A DNA stretch of 34,845 nt from assembly GCA_031279495.1 (NCBI GenBank), contig JAITIJ010000067.1, forward strand, positions 1-34,845. The letters run 5' to 3'. Made by a program: the position numbers and the translations under genes. Positions 28,662 through 34,845 of this stretch are shown one piece after another. A model generated the notes under the pieces. The model ran no database searches and was not told the DNA's origin. It saw nothing but the letters and a program-made list of their open reading frames with translations. The DNA is from Holosporales bacterium (lineage in GTDB: Bacteria; Pseudomonadota; Alphaproteobacteria; UBA3830; JAIRMZ01). The first letter of the stretch is position 1. Each line of letters starts with the position of its first letter.

Positions 28662-29822
28662 ATGACCAGCGCACGTGTACTAATCGTAGACGATGAGTCT
28701 GATACAGAACTGCTGTTCACTCAAAAATTTCACCGTCAGGTGGCAGAACAGCAATATACGCTATTTTTTGCTACTAATGGCGTAGAAGCTTTAAAGATCC
28801 TAGAAGAAACTCCTGATATGGATATTGTGATCACGGAAACACATCTACCTATCATGGATGGCCTGACGCTGATTGGGCATGTTACGGAAAAATATCCTCT
28901 TATACGCCCAATCGTTATCTCTGCCTATAGTGATCTAGCAAACCTGCGAGCCGCAATGAACAAAGGCGCGCATGATTTTGTTCTAAAGCCGGTGGACTTT
29001 GAGGATCTGCAAGCAACGATCGATAAAACATTTGATCTTGTATCCAATCTAAAAAAAGCACAAAAATCGCAGCAACGGCTTAATAGCCTAACAGATGAAC
29101 TTGATGTTTCCGCGCATTTGCAGCGCAGTATTTTGCCTGGGAATATTATGAAGAAACCTCCTTTCGAAGTCTACGCTGACACACATCCAGCAGCCGAAGT
29201 TGGAGGAGACTTTTACGACTTTTTCTGGTTAGACGACACGCATCTGGGTGTTGTTATTGCTGACGTATCTGGGAAAAACATCTCTGCAGCTCTTTTCATG
29301 ACGATGACGCGCACGTTATTAAAGTGTTTCTCGAGGACAACTCTCAGTCCAGCCGCTTGCTTAACAAGCGTGAACGAAGCTCTTGTTTCTGAGAACCCCA
29401 CGTTTATGTTCGTAACGGCTTTCTATGGAATAATCGATGCGACAACAGGAATATTAACGTACGCGAATGCCGGCCATTTGCCACCTGTCTTATTCGGGCC
29501 AACAAAGGAGCCTACATTACTCAAAGAAGACCCGAGTTTAGCTCTTGGAATCGATGCCACATTTACCTTTACGGATTATCAATGCCCATGTGCCTTAGGA
29601 GGCGGATTTTTTCTGTATACCGATGGTGTTGTCGAGGCCAATAATATAGCTGAAGAAGAATATGGGTTCGATCGCTTCCTCGCCTGTTTGCGCATCTGCA
29701 AAAAAGATGCCTCTCCGCAAGAAATCACAGAATCTATTATAGAGTCTGTTCGCGCTTTTGCTGCAGATGCTGTGCAATCGGACGATATCACAACATTGTG
29801 TCTGCGTTATGAGAAATCGTAA
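28662..29822 (+). CDS. Receiver domain + PP2C/SpoIIE (RsbU-like) phosphatase
   Basis: LIVDDE, VISAY, KP receiver motifs; EVGGDFYDF, IADVSGK, NAGH, YTDGVVEA, DDIT phosphatase motifs. Confidence 0.93.
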   Translation: MTSARVLIVDDESDTELLFTQKFHRQVAEQQYTLFFATNGVEALKILEETPDMDIVITETHLPIMDGLTLIGHVTEKYPLIRPIVISAYSDLANLRAAMNKGAHDFVLKPVDFEDLQATIDKTFDLVSNLKKAQKSQQRLNSLTDELDVSAHLQRSILPGNIMKKPPFEVYADTHPAAEVGGDFYDFFWLDDTHLGVVIADVSGKNISAALFMTMTRTLLKCFSRTTLSPAACLTSVNEALVSENPTFMFVTAFYGIIDATTGILTYANAGHLPPVLFGPTKEPTLLKEDPSLALGIDATFTFTDYQCPCALGGGFFLYTDGVVEANNIAEEEYGFDRFLACLRICKKDASPQEITESIIESVRAFAADAVQSDDITTLCLRYEKS

Positions 29823-30226
29823 TGGAATTAACGCTAGAGAATTCCATTGCCGAAATTTCGCGTCTTTGCGATGCAATAGAGCTGTTTTGCGACCAAGAGC
29901 AGCTTTCTCCAAGAGTGCGTCATGACATGCTGCTCGTTTTGGATGAGCTAGTAACAAATGTCATTACTCATGGCTTTTCTACAGGTGTTGGGGAATGTGT
30001 TCGTGTCTGTCTCGAAAAAACAGAAAAGGGAATATACGTTGCGATAATAGATGACGCTCCGGCGTTTAATCCCCTTGCGGTGAAAGAACCTGACGTGAAC
30101 GCTTCGATCGAAGATCGCCCTATCGGCGGTTTAGGAATCCATCTGATGAAGCAGTTTTCGCAGCACCTAGCATACCAACGTAAGGAGGAGCATAATGTTC
30201 TAACATTTTACCTTAAAGCACAGTGA
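29822..30226 (+). CDS. RsbW/SpoIIAB-like anti-sigma factor / Ser kinase (HATPase_c)
   Basis: ELVTNVITHG, DDAPAFNP, GGLGIHLM; TAATG overlap with upstream gene. Confidence 0.9.
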   Translation: MELTLENSIAEISRLCDAIELFCDQEQLSPRVRHDMLLVLDELVTNVITHGFSTGVGECVRVCLEKTEKGIYVAIIDDAPAFNPLAVKEPDVNASIEDRPIGGLGIHLMKQFSQHLAYQRKEEHNVLTFYLKAQ

Positions 30227-30276
30227 AGAGGTGCTAAAACAATCGATGTTATAGAGGATGCAGAAAGAGACTTGCC

Positions 30277-31053
30277 GTGGCGTTGATATGTGATTTTCTG
30301 TGCGATGGTGCAATTGCGTGGCTAACACTAAGTGAGCCCACTAAACGTAATGCTCTGAATCAATCCACTATCACTGCTTTAGCTAAGCAATTAGACATCC
30401 TCCAAGAGCGTCAACAGACGCATATTGTGGTCCTATCGGGTGCAGGAGGGACCTTCGCGGCAGGGGTAGACCTGACAGAAGTTGCTCCTATGACGCCGGA
30501 GCAAGCCCTTAGCCAAGATTATCTGGGTTCTCTTTGGCACCGACTGGCGCGTTTCCCGCTTCCTACGATCGCCGCTATTGAAGGATATGCGCTTGGAGGG
30601 GGATTCGAATTAGCTCTTATGTGTGATCTATTGATTGCTACCGATACCGCTCAATTTGGATTTCCAGAAGTATCGCACGGCCTGCTTCCGGGGTTGGGTG
30701 GCACCCAAAAGTTAACGCGGCTGATAGGACGCTATCGTACAGCGGAACTATGTTTCACCGGACGCTTTATATCGGCTCAAGAAGCGTTAACTATGGGTCT
30801 TCTTAATCGTGTTGTGCCGCAAACAACGTTAAAAGATGCTGCCATAGACCTTGCCCAAACGATTATCCGACAACCACAAAGCAGCTTATACCTGATCAAA
30901 AAGGCTATTAATTATAGTACCGAAGCTCCTCTTGCCGCTAGCCTTGAACTAGAGCGTCAGTTGTTCTTTACAGCGCTTGCAACACACGAAAAAAGAGATC
31001 GCACGAAACGTTTTCTTCATAAACAAGACAAAAAGGACGTGACAAGAAAATAA
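30277..31053 (+). CDS. Enoyl-CoA hydratase/isomerase (crotonase superfamily)
   Basis: KRNAL, FAAGVDL, ALGGGFELALMCD, FGFPEV, PGLGGTQ. Confidence 0.93.
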   Translation: MALICDFLCDGAIAWLTLSEPTKRNALNQSTITALAKQLDILQERQQTHIVVLSGAGGTFAAGVDLTEVAPMTPEQALSQDYLGSLWHRLARFPLPTIAAIEGYALGGGFELALMCDLLIATDTAQFGFPEVSHGLLPGLGGTQKLTRLIGRYRTAELCFTGRFISAQEALTMGLLNRVVPQTTLKDAAIDLAQTIIRQPQSSLYLIKKAINYSTEAPLAASLELERQLFFTALATHEKRDRTKRFLHKQDKKDVTRK

Positions 31054-31108
31054 CTTTTGGTTAGTCTCCTTTCAGTTCTTTTAATTGATGAATAGGGAGC
31101 TTCTACAC

Positions 31109-31348
31109 ATGTCAGCTACGGCGGATAAAGTTCGCAAGATTATTATCGAGAAACTGAAAGTTGATGCGGAAAAGGTTATAGATAACGCGCGATTCATAGA
31201 CGATCTCGGGGCAGATAGTCTTGATACTGTCGAGCTAGTTATGCAGTTCGAAGAAGAATTCGGCATTGTTATTTCTGATGACGATCAAACGAAGATCATC
31301 ACAGTAGGGGATGCGATTTCTTTCATTGAAGCGCACGTTGCCAAGTAA
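31109..31348 (+). CDS. acpP: Acyl carrier protein
   Basis: [14 protein letters not shown]; start reassigned to ATG 31109 after GGGAG. Confidence 0.98.
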   Translation: MSATADKVRKIIIEKLKVDAEKVIDNARFIDDLGADSLDTVELVMQFEEEFGIVISDDDQTKIITVGDAISFIEAHVAK

Positions 31349-31366
31349 TTTGTTTAGATACTTACT

Positions 31367-32647
31367 GTGCGCCGTGTCGTCGTTACTGGATTGGGGTGCG
31401 TAAGCCCTTTGGCGTGTTCCGTAGAGAAGACGTGGAAAGCTCTTATCAACGGAAAATCTGGAATTCGGTTAATCGACACATTTGATACAACAGATTTGCC
31501 ATCGAAAATTGCTGGACTTGTTCCATGGAAAAAAGAAGATGGCAGTTCTCCTGATGATGAGACATTTGATCCGTCCACGGTTGTTCCTGCTAAGGATCAA
31601 CATAAAATGGATCGCTTCATTCTGTATGGATTGGCAGCTGCGATAGAATCTGTGCGAGATGCTGGATGGGAGGCGCCTTCTGATGAAGAAAAAGGGCGAA
31701 CAGGCGTTGTCATAGGGTCTGGCGTAGGCGGTTTAGAGACCATATATAACACTTCAGTAACGCTTTATGACGGTGGAGCACGTCGTGTCAGTCCGTTTTT
31801 TATTCCCTCTTGCCTTGTAAATCTTGCTGCTGGTCATGTTTCGATTCGATATGGTTTTACAGGCCCAAATTATGCAACTGCAACGGCATGTTCTGCAGGC
31901 GCACACGCTATTGGAGAAGCTTTCCACCTGATTCGTCATAATCTGGCCGATGTTATGGTGGCAGGAGGAGCAGAAGGTGCCGTATGCCGGCTTGCAGTTG
32001 CTGGATTCTCAGCAGCGCGCGCCTTGTCTACCCATTTCAACGATCGGCCTACAGAGGCCTCGCGACCATGGGACAAAGATCGAGATGGTTTTATCATCGG
32101 CGAGGGAGCGGGTGCTCTTGTTCTGGAAGAATACGAGCATGCACGACGACGTGGAGCAAAGATCTATGCTGAAATAGTGGGATATGGATTGTCTGGGGAT
32201 GCTTATCACATGACTGCTCCTCCGCCAGATGGTGCAGGAGCTTATCGCGCAATGAAAACGGCCCTCATGTCAGCAGGGATGAACCCGCAGGATGTCGATT
32301 ATATTAATGCACACGGCACATCCACCCCGATAGGAGATCAGGCCGAGCTCTCTAGTGTGCAACGTTTGTTTGGAGCTCAAACGCGCGCCTGGATGTCTTC
32401 TACGAAGTCTTCTATCGGGCATCTTTTGGGAGGGTCTGGCGCTATCGAGGCAGTGTTTGCCGTAAAAACACTGTGTACTCATATCGTTCCACCAACGCTG
32501 AACTTGCACGTTCCTCCACCAGATGCTGCAATAGATCTTGTGCCACGTGTCGCAAAAGAGCGGAAGATAACAGTCGTCATGAGTAATTCTTTTGGCTTCG
32601 GCGGTACAAACGCCAGCCTGATCTTTAAGGCGGCACACGATGCCTGA
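31367..32647 (+). CDS. fabF: Beta-ketoacyl-ACP synthase II
   Basis: RRVVVTGLG, TACSAG (catalytic Cys), NAHGTST, GHLLG, SNSFGFGGTN. Confidence 0.98.
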   Translation: MRRVVVTGLGCVSPLACSVEKTWKALINGKSGIRLIDTFDTTDLPSKIAGLVPWKKEDGSSPDDETFDPSTVVPAKDQHKMDRFILYGLAAAIESVRDAGWEAPSDEEKGRTGVVIGSGVGGLETIYNTSVTLYDGGARRVSPFFIPSCLVNLAAGHVSIRYGFTGPNYATATACSAGAHAIGEAFHLIRHNLADVMVAGGAEGAVCRLAVAGFSAARALSTHFNDRPTEASRPWDKDRDGFIIGEGAGALVLEEYEHARRRGAKIYAEIVGYGLSGDAYHMTAPPPDGAGAYRAMKTALMSAGMNPQDVDYINAHGTSTPIGDQAELSSVQRLFGAQTRAWMSSTKSSIGHLLGGSGAIEAVFAVKTLCTHIVPPTLNLHVPPPDAAIDLVPRVAKERKITVVMSNSFGFGGTNASLIFKAAHDA

Positions 32648-33086
32648 GATCGACGCCGATGCTATCCGCACTCTTGCAAAACTGCTTGACGAAACGGCAC
32701 TTAACGAAATCGAATACCAGACAGAAGCACTTCGGATTAGAGTTGCTAAAACGTCCCAGACCATAGGAGCTCCTTTTCCTCTCACCGTTGGGCCTAGTAC
32801 TTCCGAGTTTCCTGTATCAGCTTCTGTTGCGTCTTCTGCACAAGAAAATGAGGAAGAGATCATTACAGCTCCCATGGTTGGTACGGTTTATCTTGCTTCT
32901 AAGGTGGGGGCACTTCCGATGATCCGAGTGGGGGATACTGTAAAAAAAGACCAGGCACTCCTTGTTGTAGAAGCTATGAAGGTCATGAATACTATTCGTG
33001 CGCCACATGACGGGGTTATCAAGCGCATCTGCGTTACGGATGGTCAACCCGTGGAGTTCGGAGAGCCGCTTGTGGTTCTCGCTTAA
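32640..33086 (+). CDS. accB: Acetyl-CoA carboxylase biotin carboxyl carrier protein
   Basis: APMVGTVY, EAMKVMN, PVEFGEPL. Confidence 0.97.
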   Translation: MPEIDADAIRTLAKLLDETALNEIEYQTEALRIRVAKTSQTIGAPFPLTVGPSTSEFPVSASVASSAQENEEEIITAPMVGTVYLASKVGALPMIRVGDTVKKDQALLVVEAMKVMNTIRAPHDGVIKRICVTDGQPVEFGEPLVVLA

Positions 33087-34447
33087 TGTTTAAAAAAATA
33101 CTGATCGCCAATCGCGGCGAAGTGGCGTTGCGCATCTTGCGGGCGTGTCGCGATTTAGGAATACAGACGGTTGCGGTCCATTCAACAGCGGATGCTGAGG
33201 CTATGCATGTTCGACTTGCGGACGAAAGCGTGTGCATTGGACCTGCTCCCGCAGCAAAGAGCTACCTTAATGCTCAAGAGATTTTGTCGGCGGCTACAAT
33301 TACGGGCGCAGATGCTGTGCATCCTGGTTTTGGGTTCCTCAGCGAAAACGCTAACTTTGCACAAATGGTTGAGGAACACGGTTTTCGCTTCATCGGTCCT
33401 TCTCCACAACATATTGCAATGATGGGCGACAAAATCACCGCGAAAAAAACGGCTGTTTCTTTGGGCTTACCGATTGTTCCTGGTTCAGAAGAGGGTGTCC
33501 GTGATGTGGAAACAGCACACAGTATTGCGCAGAGCATTGGTTATCCTGTCCTGATTAAGGCTTCTGGTGGTGGTGGTGGCCGTGGCATGCAGGTGGTTCC
33601 AGATATGTCGTTGCTAGAAGAAAACTATCATGCGGCACGCACAGAAGCGCAGATGGCGTTTGGTAATCCAGAGGTTTATATCGAGAAGTACCTGGATTTT
33701 CCTCGTCACATCGAAGTGCAGATTATCGCTGACAGTTCTGGCAATGTTATAACGCTTGGAGAACGCGATTGCTCTCTGCAGCGCCGGCATCAGAAGATTT
33801 GGGAAGAGGCTCCGTCTCCTGCTATTGATGAGACCACGCGTGCGGCTTTATGCGATCAGGTGCGTACGGCCATACAAAAGTTAGGATATCAGGGATTAGG
33901 CACGCTGGAGTTTCTCTATCAAGACGACCAATTCTACTTTATTGAGATGAACACGCGCCTACAAGTCGAGCATCCTATCACCGAGATGGTAACTGGTATC
34001 GATCTTGTTTGCGCCCAGATTCGTGTGGCAGCGGGTGAGGCGCTATCGTTCACCCAAGATAGCATCCGATTGCGTGGACATGCTATTGAGTGTCGCATCA
34101 ATGCTGAGTCTCCGCTGGATTTTCTGCCATCTCCAGGCACGATCACCATTTATCACGCTCCTGGCGGACCTGGCATTCGGGTTGATAGCGCGCTGTATCC
34201 GGGGGCCATTATCTCTCCGCATTATGATAGTTTGGCTGCGAAGCTAATCGTGTATGGGCACACACGCGCGGAGTGTTTAGCGCGTCTTGATCGCGCTCTT
34301 TCGGAGTATGTCATTGATGGCATCCAGACACTTATTCCCTTTCATCGTGCACTTGTGCGTCACCCGAAAATTATTGCAGGCACTTACCACGTCAAATTTT
34401 TAGAGCAGCATGCCGATGACCTACGCCACAAGGAAATGGGTTTCTGA
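33086..34447 (+). CDS. accC: Biotin carboxylase
   Basis: KILIANRGE, GGGGRGM, ERDCSLQRRHQK, EMNTRLQVEH. Confidence 0.98.
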   Translation: MFKKILIANRGEVALRILRACRDLGIQTVAVHSTADAEAMHVRLADESVCIGPAPAAKSYLNAQEILSAATITGADAVHPGFGFLSENANFAQMVEEHGFRFIGPSPQHIAMMGDKITAKKTAVSLGLPIVPGSEEGVRDVETAHSIAQSIGYPVLIKASGGGGGRGMQVVPDMSLLEENYHAARTEAQMAFGNPEVYIEKYLDFPRHIEVQIIADSSGNVITLGERDCSLQRRHQKIWEEAPSPAIDETTRAALCDQVRTAIQKLGYQGLGTLEFLYQDDQFYFIEMNTRLQVEHPITEMVTGIDLVCAQIRVAAGEALSFTQDSIRLRGHAIECRINAESPLDFLPSPGTITIYHAPGGPGIRVDSALYPGAIISPHYDSLAAKLIVYGHTRAECLARLDRALSEYVIDGIQTLIPFHRALVRHPKIIAGTYHVKFLEQHADDLRHKEMGF

Positions 34448-34499
34448 AGCTATAAGAATTAGGTGGGAGTGGAGCAAGCCCGTAACTTTATTTGATAAA

Positions 34500-34845
34500 T
34501 TATCGCTTTTTGATATGAAATATAGGCGCTGAGAAATACACAAGCGCTTTTGAAACGTTTTCCGGGTGCCCGATTCACAGGATGCGATATTTCTGAGAAA
34601 GCCTGTGCAGATTATCTGGCCAAAACAGGATGCCCTTCTTTTCAGGCGGATTTAATTCCCTCCAGCGAAAGCTGCTCTGTCTATTGAATAAGATGAAGAT
34701 CTCTTTAGAAGATTGGCCAGTAAAATAGCAAAATGATCTCATCAACAATTTCGTGCGAGAGTGATAGAGCAAGACATTTATCTAGCACTGCAAGAAGCGC
34801 TCTGCAAAAGCATTCCACCGGTAGTTAGTCTTCTTCTTGCTGGGC
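34500..34845 (+). pseudogene. Probable degraded class I SAM-dependent methyltransferase
   Basis: Fragment RNTQALLKRFPGARFTGCDISEKA (from 34532) resembles the segment from after motif I to motif II; preceded by a frameshifted remnant and followed by frames with internal stops. Confidence 0.4.

Noticed and set aside
30277-32647. Polyketide beta-branching cassette or FabM-type isomerase
   Set aside because: The ketosynthase keeps its catalytic Cys, there is no HMG-CoA synthase homologue, ACP is canonical AcpP, and the crotonase has both hydratase Glu residues.
6187-34447. Many short alternative-frame and antisense ORFs (e.g. 9980-10522, 10579-11301, 19704-20270, 32270-32875)
   Set aside because: They lie within well-supported genes and have no recognisable motifs; shadow ORFs.
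1-34845. CRISPR array, rRNA, transposase or integrase
   Set aside because: No regularly spaced repeats, rRNA-like sequence or DDE/tyrosine/serine recombinase motifs seen, despite three tRNA genes.
34448-34845. Stop-codon reassignment to explain in-frame stops; minus-strand ORF 34575-34772
   Set aside because: TGA, TAA and TAG all end conserved genes here at expected positions; the minus ORF has no protein-like features.

Overview
Mostly housekeeping region of an alphaproteobacterium. A Holosporales/Rickettsiales-like host-associated lineage is inferred from protein style, not proven. Gene order: kdsB 3' end, tRNA-Glu(CUC), acyl-CoA thioesterase, orphan sensor kinase, GT25, thiN, SemiSWEET-type transporter with a TPP riboswitch, XRE regulator, hypothetical, tRNA-Met, aspS, a trehalose/maltose-type ABC operon interrupted by a DAACS symporter, dut, SH3 protein, rplK-rplA-rplJ-rplL-rpoB-rpoC, small secreted HEAT-like protein, tRNA-Ser(GGA), dnaQ, REC-PP2C phosphatase, RsbW-like kinase, crotonase, acpP-fabF-accB-accC and a probable methyltransferase pseudogene. 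Most notable: (1) TPP riboswitch -> SemiSWEET -> thiN, a candidate new thiamine uptake system; (2) an RNA polymerase with substitutions in near-invariant active-site motifs (beta' NADFDGD->GADFDGD, trigger loop MRTFH->LHTFH, beta GYNFED->GYGFED); (3) a poly-G9 tract in a consensus promoter spacer, a candidate for phase variation; (4) an expanded L10 leader followed by a duplicated rplJ start; (5) 16-bp perfect inverted repeats around the thioesterase gene. No CRISPR array, rRNA, transposase or integrase was seen.
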